Positions 18,276 to 27,615 of a stretch of 64,000 nucleotides of DNA are shown here, in pieces; positions within the stretch are counted from its first letter, which is position 1, and each line of letters begins with the position of its first letter. The position numbers and the translations under genes are program-made. This DNA is from a virus. The notes beneath the pieces were generated by a model. That model made no database searches, was not told the origin of the DNA, and saw only the letters and a list, made by a program, of their open reading frames with translations. The DNA is taken from positions 4,223 through 68,222 of the IMG/VR virus record IMGVR_UViG_3300021479_000015; one strand, 5' to 3'.

Positions 18276-18529
18276 CCGAGAACGAAAAGGCAAAAGCGTG
18301 GCGGGAGGCGCACAGCCTCTCGGTTGCCGAGTTGGGGGCGATGATCGGCTACTCGTCTGCCTCCATCTGGTTTTTCGAAGCTGGCAAGACCCCGCCGCGC
18401 ACCTACAAGGGCAGGCGCACACCGGAAAGAAAAGGGCGAGCCATCCACCCGAAGGTGTGGCTGCGCTACAAGGCCGCGTGCGCGGGGATAGATGCGTATC
18501 TTGTAGATAAGAGGAGGTTCGATTGGTGA
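18272..18529 (+). CDS. XRE-family HTH regulator
   Basis: [30 protein letters not shown]. Confidence 0.8.
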   Translation: MTENEKAKAWREAHSLSVAELGAMIGYSSASIWFFEAGKTPPRTYKGRRTPERKGRAIHPKVWLRYKAACAGIDAYLVDKRRFDW

Positions 18530-18877
18530 TTTTCAAAAAGGTTTATTTCGGAGTGCAAGTTCATGTTCTTATTTGGACCACTCGTTACGGTTTACATTTT
18601 CAACCATTTTGGTGGGAGGTATCAGCAAACATCAGGCCGCAGTATTCAATAATTATGTCGGGGCCTTTTATGGTCACCGTGGAAAAAGAGGCGTAAACAA
18701 AGGAGGTTCGATTGCGAAGCTTTGGTGAGATACTGAAATGATAACGCGCGCATGGCTCTTTCTCTGCGTCATTGCCGGTCAAGGGCTGGGCTTCCTCACG
18801 CTCACGCCGCCCGAGGAGGCGTTTGAGAACTTGCAGAAATGGTGGATCTTCGCAAAAGGGTTTTTGCCGTGGGCACA

Positions 18878-19048
18878 ATGACCGAGGAGCAGCTCAAAAC
18901 AGAATTAGATAAGCATCTGTCACATTTTACCGAGCAGATGTTTTTACTGGCTTGTGCAGGATTATCGATTGGAATAGACGAAGAAAACTTCAAGGAGTTA
19001 GCAAAAAAGTCGATAGCCCGCGCGATTGAGTGGAGTAATATCGAATGA
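18878..19048 (+). CDS. small hypothetical protein
   Basis: ATGA-coupled ORF. Confidence 0.45.
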   Translation: MTEEQLKTELDKHLSHFTEQMFLLACAGLSIGIDEENFKELAKKSIARAIEWSNIE

Positions 19049-19132
19049 CGCACTTCCTCCTCGCGCACGCCCTCGCCATGGGCTTCTGGGTGCCCGTCGC
19101 GTGGGGGTTGGTGAAGCTCAAGAGGAAGATCG

Positions 19133-19456
19133 ATGGCTCACCCTAGGTGCTGCTGCTGCGGGCAACTGCTGCCGGTGAAGTCCCGCGTCGCGGGATTTCT
19201 CAAGCCTTCGGTTCTGTACACCATCTACGACTTTGTATCCAGGCATCCCGAAGGTGTAACTCGCAAGCAGATATTCGAGCATGTGTACGGCCATCGCCCG
19301 AGTGGCGGCCCGAGCGTGGGGCTCAACATCGTCAACGTTCATATGTGCCGCATGAACGAGTTGCTGGCGGCGAGGGATATGATGATAAAAAGGGCGGGCG
19401 CCGTTTATAACCTTCGCCGCCAAAGCACCGGCAACATATGGCTGCCACGCGCATGA
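19133..19456 (+). CDS. winged-helix DNA-binding protein (OmpR/CtrA-type effector domain)
   Basis: VTRKQIFEHVYG..NIVNVHMCRMNELL. Confidence 0.6.
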   Translation: MAHPRCCCCGQLLPVKSRVAGFLKPSVLYTIYDFVSRHPEGVTRKQIFEHVYGHRPSGGPSVGLNIVNVHMCRMNELLAARDMMIKRAGAVYNLRRQSTGNIWLPRA

Positions 19457-21273
19457 TTCCGATTATAATCGACATAGAATCTTTTTACTCCGACGAATTT
19501 ACTTTATCAAAGCTTAGTACAGAGCACTATGTACGCGACAAGCGCTTCGAGGCGCATGGCGCCGCCATTAAGTGGTCGCCCAATCACAATGCGAAGTGGT
19601 ACGACGAGAAGGAGTTGCGGCATGTCCTGGCTGAACATGATTTTAGCGATTCTTTTGTCATTTGCCATCACCATCAATTTGATGGCCTCATCTTATCTCA
19701 TCGCTATGGCGTATTCCCAAAAAAACGGGGCTGCACTCTTTCGATGGCTAGGCTTATGCTCGGCAACCATATTGGCGTGTCTCTCGATAGCGTGCGCACT
19801 CACTTTGGCATGCCGCTGAAGAAGACGCCCTACAATCTCTTTAAGGGCAAGCACTGGCACGAGCTTGACTCCGCTGCGCGGGGCTTGGTGGCGGAAGGGT
19901 GCTGCGATGAGGTGGAGTCGATATGGACGGTCTTTTGCGCTCTGATGGCGCACTGCTTTCCAGTAGAGGAGCTGGAAGTCATCGACATCACGATGCGGAT
20001 GTTCTGCGAGCCTCTACTTCGGGCAAACGTAGACCTGCTGGCGCGCATCTGGGAGCGCGAGGCAGCCCAGAAGGCCGATCGCATCAAGATGCTCGATATC
20101 GACCCCGCGGAATTGCAATCGACCGACAAGTTCAAGGCGCTGCTGGAAGCCGAGGGTGTGGAGATTCAGTATAAGGATGGCACCAACGGGCCGATCCCGC
20201 AGTTCGCCAAGAACGACCCGTTCATGCAGGAGCTTTTGGAAGATGAGGATGATCGCATACGAGGACTGGCTGAAGCGCGCATCGGGGCGAAGTCCACTCT
20301 GCTACAGACCCGAGCGGAGACTCTGGGCTGGATGGCGAGTAGGGGACCTTTGTGCGTTTACCTCAAAATGTACGCAGCTCACACCACCCGCTGGGGAGGA
20401 GGTGACAAGTCTAACTTTCAGAATTTTAAGAAGTCGGATCCTGACTTCCCCGTAGATGACGAGCCGCTCAAGATCGTTGACGCCATCCTGCCGCCGGAAG
20501 GCTATTATTTGGCGAAGCCTGATATGTCGCAAATCGAGTGCCGCCTGGTCAACTTCCTGGCAGGGCAGCAGGACAAGATCGAGGACTTCCGGCAAGGCCG
20601 CAATCCTTATGTTGGCGTAGCTTCGCAATTTTACGGCTATCCCGTGAACAAGAAAGATCATCCAATTGAGTACTTAGCCGGCAAGGTGATCGAGCTTCAA
20701 TGCGGCTTTGGCTCGGGGGCTGAGAAGATACGCGCAACGTTGCGCACGAAGGCCAAGATTTTCATTACGGCAGAAGAAGGCGTGAAGGCGCGCGACGCTT
20801 ATCGCGACACCCATCCCGCCGTTTGCGATTATTGGAAGGCCGGCAACGGCATGCTGAAGGTGTTGGCGTATGGCTCTACGACGAATTGGGGACCGATGCT
20901 GCTCAAGGATTATCGCATCTGGCTTCCCAATGGCGCACCGCTTATCTACGATACGCTGGAGTGGTACGTCGATCCCGAGACGGGCGAAAAGTATTGGCGC
21001 ATGCGTTCGCGCAAGGGGTGGGTCAAGACCTACGGCGCGAAGCTGGTGGAGAACGTGGTGCAGGCCTTGGCGCGCGTCATCATCTCGCAAGCCATGATTC
21101 GCATCGCGCGGATGGGCTACCGGATTGTCTCAACCGAGCACGACTCACTGTGGATCCTCATCCCCAAGGATGGCCGCGAGCAGGAACACCTGGAGCGCTG
21201 CAAGACCGAGATGGTACGCCCATTACCTTGGTTGCCGGGGTTGCCGTTGGCGTGTGAAGGGGAATTACGGTGA
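19453..21273 (+). CDS. family A DNA polymerase with atypical motifs
   Basis: exonuclease DIESFY; HTTRWGG; motif A DMSQIECR; motif B GKVIELQCGFG; ENVVQA; motif C EHDS. Confidence 0.9.
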   Translation: MIPIIIDIESFYSDEFTLSKLSTEHYVRDKRFEAHGAAIKWSPNHNAKWYDEKELRHVLAEHDFSDSFVICHHHQFDGLILSHRYGVFPKKRGCTLSMARLMLGNHIGVSLDSVRTHFGMPLKKTPYNLFKGKHWHELDSAARGLVAEGCCDEVESIWTVFCALMAHCFPVEELEVIDITMRMFCEPLLRANVDLLARIWEREAAQKADRIKMLDIDPAELQSTDKFKALLEAEGVEIQYKDGTNGPIPQFAKNDPFMQELLEDEDDRIRGLAEARIGAKSTLLQTRAETLGWMASRGPLCVYLKMYAAHTTRWGGGDKSNFQNFKKSDPDFPVDDEPLKIVDAILPPEGYYLAKPDMSQIECRLVNFLAGQQDKIEDFRQGRNPYVGVASQFYGYPVNKKDHPIEYLAGKVIELQCGFGSGAEKIRATLRTKAKIFITAEEGVKARDAYRDTHPAVCDYWKAGNGMLKVLAYGSTTNWGPMLLKDYRIWLPNGAPLIYDTLEWYVDPETGEKYWRMRSRKGWVKTYGAKLVENVVQALARVIISQAMIRIARMGYRIVSTEHDSLWILIPKDGREQEHLERCKTEMVRPLPWLPGLPLACEGELR

Positions 21274-21602
21274 GAATATCGACCCACTATATTACATTTT
21301 ATTACGCCGACGGTCGCGTGGAAGAATTTGACCTCACCGACTCCAAAATTCCACTACCCGCCTTTAGAGCGCTTGTGCGACAAGAATCTATTTTTCGTTT
21401 CGTCGCTCACGAAAATGTGCAAGATCATCTCGACTGCGGCTGGCACATTGCAAATGTTGACCTTGCTCACCATGGTGAATATAGCGTACTTCTTGAGTGG
21501 CTGTGCTCTTGCCCCATAACTCAACCGAGGACATCTCATGAACGACACTCCCACATTTTCGCCGTTCGCGACGACGCAACCAGCTCCGATGTTCGATGGT
21601 GA
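21270..21602 (+). CDS. hypothetical protein
   Basis: GTGA-coupled to the polymerase. Confidence 0.5.
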   Translation: MRISTHYITFYYADGRVEEFDLTDSKIPLPAFRALVRQESIFRFVAHENVQDHLDCGWHIANVDLAHHGEYSVLLEWLCSCPITQPRTSHERHSHIFAVRDDATSSDVRW

Positions 21603-21909
21603 AACCGCACCCAAGAGGGGGCGTCGTAAGGGTACGAAGCCGGGGCGCAAGCCGAGGCACGATATCGCAGAGCAGGTGAGAGTACTAGGCGCCGACAGCC
21701 TGCTTCCACCCGGGCACACAAAAGTGCCTACCAAGCGCAAGACGCGCGTTGCCCGTCCCGTCAAGTTTGAGCTTGACATGCTGATGGCTTTTCAAGGGCT
21801 AAAGGCCGACGACTTCAAGCTTACCATGCAGTTGGTGCAAGCGCTGCAAGGTGTCAACAAGAAGTCTCGCGCCAAGATCGTGGCGGCACTTGCGAAGGTG
21901 TTTGCGTGA
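21538..21909 (+). CDS. basic hypothetical protein
   Basis: GAGGA SD; KRGRRKG. Confidence 0.65.
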   Translation: MNDTPTFSPFATTQPAPMFDGETAPKRGRRKGTKPGRKPRHDIAEQVRVLGADSLLPPGHTKVPTKRKTRVARPVKFELDMLMAFQGLKADDFKLTMQLVQALQGVNKKSRAKIVAALAKVFA

Positions 21910-22604
21910 ATTACGATCCCGGTCCCATCCCGGCAGCGCTCGACCGGCGCAAAGCGAAGCCGCTCGTCTTCAGCTACACGCTCCTCAACACTTACGCCAA
22001 CACCTGCCCCCACCAAGCGTACCGCCGCTACGTCAAGAAGGACGTGAAATTCACCGGCAGCGACGCGAGTCGCTGGGGCGACAAGGTGCACGAGGCGATG
22101 GAGTATCGTCTTGGCGGCAAGCTGCTGCCGCCCGAGATGCAGCAATGGGAGCCTATCGTGGCAGCGTTCGACGGCCGCGGCGCCAAGGCAGAGCAGAAAT
22201 TAGGCATCACGCGCGAGGGCAAGCCGTGCGGCTTCTTCGATGACGGGGTGTGGTTTCGAGGCAAGATTGACGTGACGCTCATGGAAGGAAACACCGCCGT
22301 CATCGCGGACTACAAGACGGGATCTTCCAACTACGAGTCCTCGTTCGAGCTGGAAACCAACGCGCTCTTGCTCAACTGCCTGCACCCGCACCTGACACGC
22401 ATAGCCGGATTCTACATCTGGCTCAAAGAAGGACGCATCGGGCAGAAGTACGACCTGTCCGACACCGCCGCTGCGTGGCAGAAAGTAAGTAAGCTTGTAG
22501 CGCAATTCGAAGCGGATAATGCGTGGGAAAAGCGTAAGAGCGCCCTCTGTGGCTGGTGCGACGTTGAAGATTGCGAGCATCGTTTCTTGGCGAGGGGAAA
22601 ATGA
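21906..22604 (+). CDS. PD-(D/E)XK Cas4-like exonuclease
   Basis: CPHQ, GDKVHEAME, GKIDV, ADYKTG, CGWCDVEDC. Confidence 0.85.
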   Translation: MNYDPGPIPAALDRRKAKPLVFSYTLLNTYANTCPHQAYRRYVKKDVKFTGSDASRWGDKVHEAMEYRLGGKLLPPEMQQWEPIVAAFDGRGAKAEQKLGITREGKPCGFFDDGVWFRGKIDVTLMEGNTAVIADYKTGSSNYESSFELETNALLLNCLHPHLTRIAGFYIWLKEGRIGQKYDLSDTAAAWQKVSKLVAQFEADNAWEKRKSALCGWCDVEDCEHRFLARGK

Positions 22605-22695
22605 CAAAAACCGATCAGGTCATACTGAGGGTTATTGTGGCAATAGAGCTTGGAAGATTGTTCGGACAAGCTCTTAGTCTATTTATAGGCTGGCT

Positions 22696-22998
22696 ATGAC
22701 TACCGACGAAGGTAGGCTCAAGAAGCGCTGCCGCGCCTATCTCAAAAATCTTGGCGCCTACCGTTTCGCACCTGTGCAACAGGGCTACGGGATGCAGTCG
22801 CTGGACGACCTTTGCTGCATCAAGGGCAGGTTCGTAGGCATCGAATACAAGGCGCCTGGCAAGTACCCGACACCTCGCCAGCAGGCGACCATGTGCGCCA
22901 TGAAGGAAGCGGGAGGAGTGGCGTTCTGGTGCGATTCGTTTGACGGCTTTCTGCTTGCTCTGTCCGCATGGGGCCTCGCGCCTCACAGTTCAAAATGA
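22696..22998 (+). CDS. VRR-NUC nuclease
   Basis: EGRLKK..GRFVGIEYKAPGKYPTPRQ. Confidence 0.85.
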   Translation: MTTDEGRLKKRCRAYLKNLGAYRFAPVQQGYGMQSLDDLCCIKGRFVGIEYKAPGKYPTPRQQATMCAMKEAGGVAFWCDSFDGFLLALSAWGLAPHSSK

Positions 22999-24584
22999 TC
23001 TTCGACCAAACCCATAACATTCTCATCTACCCCGCGTTACCACGCGGGGCAAGCCAGCAGATTTTGCAGCACATCCCGGAGGCACGTGAGTTCAACAGCT
23101 CGTCGGTGGGCGTACCGCGCACCTTGCGCAACAGCCAGGTCTTACGCTGGTTGGGGCATCCCGTTCTTCCCGTCATGGACGGCTACGACTGGCCTCACGC
23201 TCCCGGCATCAAGCCTTATGAATCACAAAAAACTACCGCTAATTTCATGGTGCTTCACCCTAGATGCTTCAATTTATCGGACATGGGGACTGGCAAAACG
23301 CTGGCGACGTTGTGGGCCGCCGATTGGTTGATGACCCGCGAGCGCGGGTTGAAGGCGCTCATCGTTTGTCCTCTTTCCATCATGCAGCGAGTGTGGGCCG
23401 ATGCGGTCTTCAAGAACTTCCTTAATCGCCGCACGTTTGCCATCCTCCACGGTAGCGCAGATAAACGATCTAAAGCATTGGGAGAAGATGTTGACTTTTA
23501 CATTGTCAACTTCGACGGTGTTGGAGTGGGAGCCCACACCCATAAGCGCTTCGATGTGGATGGATTTAGTAAGGAACTCGCCGAACGCAAAGACATTAAA
23601 CTTGTTATTGCTGACGAGGCAAGCGCTTATAAGGATGCGCAAACCAAGCGTCACCGCCTCGCGCGCCAGATCATCGGCAAGCGCGACTACCTTTGGCTGT
23701 TGACGGGCACGCCTACCCCGAACGCTCCTACAGACGCCTACGGCTTGGCCAAGCTGGTGAACAACGCATTCGGCAAATCTTTCCAGACGTTCCAGCAGGA
23801 AACGATGATGAAGGTTTCTCAATTCGTCTGGAAACCGCAGCGCGATGGCTACGAGAAAGCGCGCAAACTGCTCACCCCTTCTATTCGTTATGACATTCGC
23901 GAGGTGTGGGACGCGCCTGAGATGACCGTGCAGCAGCGGCAGGTGGAATTGACTGCCGAGCAGAAACACCACATGGCCGCGCTCAAGCGCGACCTGCAGG
24001 TGGTGGTCAAGTCCGGCCAGCCCATCACGGCCGTCAACGAGGCGGCGGTGCGCACTAAGTTCATCCAGATCAGCTTGGGCGCCATATACGATGCGCAACA
24101 CGCCTCGCACACCATCGACGCCAAGCCTAGGATGGACGAGTTGAAGGCGGTCATCCGGGAAGCACCGGGAAAAATATTGTGCTTCGTGGGCTTGACGAAC
24201 GTGGTGAACCTCGTTAACAGGGAGTTGCGCAAGGCATTTTCATGCGAGGTGGTGAACGGTGATGTCAGCCAGAAGGATCGAAGCGCTACATTTCAACGAT
24301 TCCAAGAATCCGTGGATCCGCGTATCATTATTGCCGACCCAGGAACAATGGCTCACGGACTGGATTTGTTCGCTGCTCAAACCGTCATCTGGTACGGACC
24401 AACCGATAAATGTGAACTTTACATGCAGGCTAACAAGAGAGCGCACCGCCCCGGACAAAAGTACCCCGTGACGGTGGTGCAGATCGTGGCAACGAAGCTG
24501 GAGCAGGAAATCTTCAGGCGACTTGAGAACAACATCTCGTTGCAGGGTGCCCTACTTGATGCGGTGACAAGGGGAGAGCTATGA
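22995..24584 (+). CDS. SNF2-family helicase
   Basis: DMGTGKT, DEAS, LTGTP, HGLDL, QANKRAHRPGQ. Confidence 0.9.
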   Translation: MIFDQTHNILIYPALPRGASQQILQHIPEAREFNSSSVGVPRTLRNSQVLRWLGHPVLPVMDGYDWPHAPGIKPYESQKTTANFMVLHPRCFNLSDMGTGKTLATLWAADWLMTRERGLKALIVCPLSIMQRVWADAVFKNFLNRRTFAILHGSADKRSKALGEDVDFYIVNFDGVGVGAHTHKRFDVDGFSKELAERKDIKLVIADEASAYKDAQTKRHRLARQIIGKRDYLWLLTGTPTPNAPTDAYGLAKLVNNAFGKSFQTFQQETMMKVSQFVWKPQRDGYEKARKLLTPSIRYDIREVWDAPEMTVQQRQVELTAEQKHHMAALKRDLQVVVKSGQPITAVNEAAVRTKFIQISLGAIYDAQHASHTIDAKPRMDELKAVIREAPGKILCFVGLTNVVNLVNRELRKAFSCEVVNGDVSQKDRSATFQRFQESVDPRIIIADPGTMAHGLDLFAAQTVIWYGPTDKCELYMQANKRAHRPGQKYPVTVVQIVATKLEQEIFRRLENNISLQGALLDAVTRGEL

Positions 24585-24745
24585 AGTACTTGTTGATAGT
24601 CTGGGTTTTTAATTACGCATCGGTAACGAAACTGTTACCGCTATCGTATTCCGACTTGGAAAGTTGTCAGACAGCACTGCACGCTTTTGTTGTTGGCGCT
24701 GGCAGCCACGGAGTTTGTATCCCGTATGAGGGTCCTGTCAGATGA
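24581..24745 (+). CDS. small two-Cys peptide with hydrophobic N-terminus
   Basis: 54 aa, ATGA overlaps at both ends. Confidence 0.5.
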   Translation: MKYLLIVWVFNYASVTKLLPLSYSDLESCQTALHAFVVGAGSHGVCIPYEGPVR

Positions 24746-25152
24746 ACGACCTTCCTTCCGACCCCGCCGCCCTCATCGCCGCCCGCGTGCAGCTCGACAC
24801 GTGGCTCAAGAGCGAGGGCAAGCGGCTGCAGGACTACTTTGCCCCTTACAGGGCGCGACTCCAGCAGATGGACGAGAAACTTCTCTCCCTTTCGCTCGAC
24901 CAGAAGTGGGAGAACTTCAAGACCAAGCACGGCACCGCTTACCGGCAGACGACGCTCACGCCCAAGATCGAGGACCGAGACAGGTTCCTTGATTTCTGCC
25001 TTGAGAATTGGGATGCGGTGGGCAATGCTCTCTTGCAGCTGCGCGCTCCTGCGATCGAGCCCTTTAGAGAGTTCATGGACGCCAACAGCAAGCAGTTCCC
25101 GCCCGGCACCACTGCGAATTTTGACACCCACATCAACATAAGGAAGTCCTAA
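24742..25152 (+). CDS. phage replication-module protein
   Basis: coiled N-terminus, FKTKHGTAY..IEDRDRFLDF. Confidence 0.7.
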   Translation: MNDLPSDPAALIAARVQLDTWLKSEGKRLQDYFAPYRARLQQMDEKLLSLSLDQKWENFKTKHGTAYRQTTLTPKIEDRDRFLDFCLENWDAVGNALLQLRAPAIEPFREFMDANSKQFPPGTTANFDTHINIRKS

Positions 25153-26198
25153 TGAACGTCCCCGCACTTCCCGCCTACCTGCAAAATCGTAAATCCCAGC
25201 GCGTCGCCGAAGGCGCTGCCGAAGGCATCGGCGGCGCATTGCCGCCGCACATCTCCATCCGCGGCAACGAGTTCACCCTCGTGGACGCTGCCGGCAACAA
25301 GGCGGAGGTGCCTGACAAGTACCTTGATGTCTGCTTCGTGGACCGCTCCGAGGTAGTGTGCAAGCTCTACTATGAGAATGAGTACGAGCCGGGGGCGAAT
25401 GACCCGCCCACCTGCTGGTCGGCCAACGGCGTGGCGCCATCGGTCGAAGCGTCGCAACCGCAATCGGCCACCTGCGCCACCTGCCAGTGGAACGTGCGCG
25501 GTTCGGACGTGTCCAAGCTCTCGGGCAAGGCGATCAAGGCGTGCCGCGACGAGAAGTGGACGGCCGTGATCGCGGTCAAGTACCCCGCGATGATCTTCCA
25601 GTTCCGGGTGACGCCCGGCAGCTTCAAGGCATGGAAGGGCTATACCGACAAGTTCAAGGGGCAGCAGACCGACCTGTCGGACGTGGTGACACGCATTGCC
25701 TTCGAGAAGCAGAAGAACGGCGTCCTCACGTTCGAGGCGGTATCGTACATCGACCAGCCCTTGTACGAAGCGCGCGAGCGCGCGGCAGTCGAGAAGAAGA
25801 CCGACATCCTGGTAGGAAGAAATGACCGGCCAATCCAGGCTGTGATAGCGGCACGCTCCGCACAAGAACCAAATTGCCAAACGCCTACTCACGATTCAAT
25901 CGGTGGAATTGGGGGGCCACTTCCTGATCAAGCTCCAACGGGGCGCCGCAAGCGTCGCACCAAGGCGGAGATCGAAGCTGATCAGGCGAAAATGACCCCG
26001 GCAACCGGATTTCCGACTAACGTTCAGCCGGCAGGTTCTTTTGGGGGGCAGACTGCCGGTCCCGCGCCATTCCGCCCTGTTGACCCCCCCGCTAACGCGG
26101 GGCAAGCCGCACCCTTCGGAATCGCGACCACTGCGGTCGCCCCAGATCCCGCCATGAAGGGCATGCTTGACGGCATCTTCGGCAAGTCTACGGTGTAA
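25152..26198 (+). CDS. putative ssDNA-binding/annealing protein
   Basis: PTCWSANG, CATCQWN, KACR, low-complexity tail; position in the module. Confidence 0.6.
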   Translation: MNVPALPAYLQNRKSQRVAEGAAEGIGGALPPHISIRGNEFTLVDAAGNKAEVPDKYLDVCFVDRSEVVCKLYYENEYEPGANDPPTCWSANGVAPSVEASQPQSATCATCQWNVRGSDVSKLSGKAIKACRDEKWTAVIAVKYPAMIFQFRVTPGSFKAWKGYTDKFKGQQTDLSDVVTRIAFEKQKNGVLTFEAVSYIDQPLYEARERAAVEKKTDILVGRNDRPIQAVIAARSAQEPNCQTPTHDSIGGIGGPLPDQAPTGRRKRRTKAEIEADQAKMTPATGFPTNVQPAGSFGGQTAGPAPFRPVDPPANAGQAAPFGIATTAVAPDPAMKGMLDGIFGKSTV

Positions 26199-26208
26199 GG
26201 AGAGAACC

Positions 26209-26637
26209 ATGAAAATAGCTGATATTGACGGCCTTACGGTTATTAACGCCAAAAAGCCCGTCACTCTCCACATCAACCGAAATGACGTTGCCAAGGCGGA
26301 CCGTAAGGAACCTGAAGACTGTGTGGTTGCTCGCGCCTGTCGCCGGGAAATGCACGCCAAAGAGGTTCGAGTGCATCTTGGGCGCATCTACGTTCGTACT
26401 AACGAGGGGAATTGGACCCGTTATATGACATCGAAATCGATGCGTGATGAAATCATCGCTTTTGATCGCGGCGGCCAGTTTGAACCTGGCGTTTTTACCT
26501 TGAAGGAGCCGCCACCGACCCGACAAACTGGGCGCCACCAAGGAGGTCCAATGAAACCCCGCCGCTTGCGCAAATCGACCGGCAAGAAACGCAGCCCCCC
26601 GCATGTCGTAACTAATGTGAGGATGGGACCAGCATGA
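26209..26637 (+). CDS. hypothetical protein
   Basis: AAGGAG SD. Confidence 0.65.
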   Translation: MKIADIDGLTVINAKKPVTLHINRNDVAKADRKEPEDCVVARACRREMHAKEVRVHLGRIYVRTNEGNWTRYMTSKSMRDEIIAFDRGGQFEPGVFTLKEPPPTRQTGRHQGGPMKPRRLRKSTGKKRSPPHVVTNVRMGPA

Positions 26638-26912
26638 CCATCCAGCGGCGCTTGCAGGCGTGCATGAAGCAGGGCAACCTGCGGGTGGCCGACTTGGCGC
26701 GCTGGTTCGATCGCCCGCATCCCACCATGCGGGGCTGGGTGCTGAAAGGCAGCCGCCCCGGTGGCGGGCCGCATGACATCGAGCATGTAAGCGAGCTGCT
26801 TGGATTGTTGGAGACGCTGATCCAAAAGAAAAAAGGATTTCCGCTGCCGAGACTGTCGCCGCGAGACCGCAAAAAGCATATCGTCGATATTAGGGCGCGG
26901 CTGCTCGCGTGA
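26634..26912 (+). CDS. HTH protein
   Basis: LRVADLARWFDRPHPTMRGWV. Confidence 0.65.
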   Translation: MTIQRRLQACMKQGNLRVADLARWFDRPHPTMRGWVLKGSRPGGGPHDIEHVSELLGLLETLIQKKKGFPLPRLSPRDRKKHIVDIRARLLA

Positions 26913-26928
26913 AAGGGAGCAATGCGGA

Positions 26929-27102
26929 ATGGCTAACAAAGACGATTTGGCAAGAACAATCACCACGATGAGTTACGGAGAGTTGAAATCTGTCGCCGCC
27001 GCGCTGGTCGCGATGATTGACAAGGAAGTGCGACCGAAGCTCGAAACGGCTGAAGAATTTGCCGATCTGCTTTATGATTGGGCCGAAGCTCAAAGTGAGT
27101 GA
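26929..27102 (+). CDS. small hypothetical protein
   Basis: 57-aa ORF MANKDDLART..., GGGAG upstream. Confidence 0.45.
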   Translation: MANKDDLARTITTMSYGELKSVAAALVAMIDKEVRPKLETAEEFADLLYDWAEAQSE

Positions 27103-27160
27103 GGATTACGATTTCGTCGCGCAGATGAAAACCAACACGATAAACAGTAAGACGAGGGTT

Positions 27161-27493
27161 TCAAACATGCATGTTTATCCTGTATCCACCGCCCCAAACC
27201 GATAGTATACGAAGTTCGCTATTTATCGCTTGGAGTTTTTTTCTCATCCGGCCGATCATGACACGAATGGTATTACGAGTCATGCCGCCGCCGGCATCCG
27301 CGGGGTCATCGGTAAGGATGATATTGATGTCGGCAAGCGACAGCGCTTCACACGTCATCAAGGCGCTAAGAAGCCGTGCCTCTCGCGCCGTCAACCCCCA
27401 TCCTTGATAGCGCACCGCATCGCCGCAAATTATGTCTTCAAGCTCAGTTATTCGCTGGCGTAGCGCCGCGCACTCTACTTCCAAAGAATCCAC
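27161..27493 (-). CDS. receiver-less OmpR/CtrA-type winged-helix protein
   Basis: LTAREARLL..NTIRVMIGRMRKKL..SVWGGGYRI. Confidence 0.7.
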   Translation of the reverse strand: MDSLEVECAALRQRITELEDIICGDAVRYQGWGLTAREARLLSALMTCEALSLADINIILTDDPADAGGGMTRNTIRVMIGRMRKKLQAINSELRILSVWGGGYRINMHV

Positions 27494-27612
27494 GTCAGAG
27501 CGAGAATCAGCGCGGCCGACACTACGATGAGCGCAATCGGCTGGACGCCTATTTTTTTCTGCTCCGTGACGTGGCGGTCCAACCATCGCAACAACCTTTC
27601 GAGATCGTCCAT
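27475..27612 (-). CDS. small single-TM protein
   Basis: 45 aa, IALIVVSAALILALTWILW. Confidence 0.45.
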   Translation of the reverse strand: MDDLERLLRWLDRHVTEQKKIGVQPIALIVVSAALILALTWILWK

Positions 27613-27615
27613 CTA

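Noticed and set aside
17547-18536. Minus-strand ORFs with EVGAR and ARSAP repeats
   Set aside because: Shadows of the stop-free 15-bp repeat; the plus frame gives a canonical pentapeptide protein with an SD
21906-22604. Cas4 as part of a CRISPR system
   Set aside because: No array or other cas genes; it sits in a normal phage replication module
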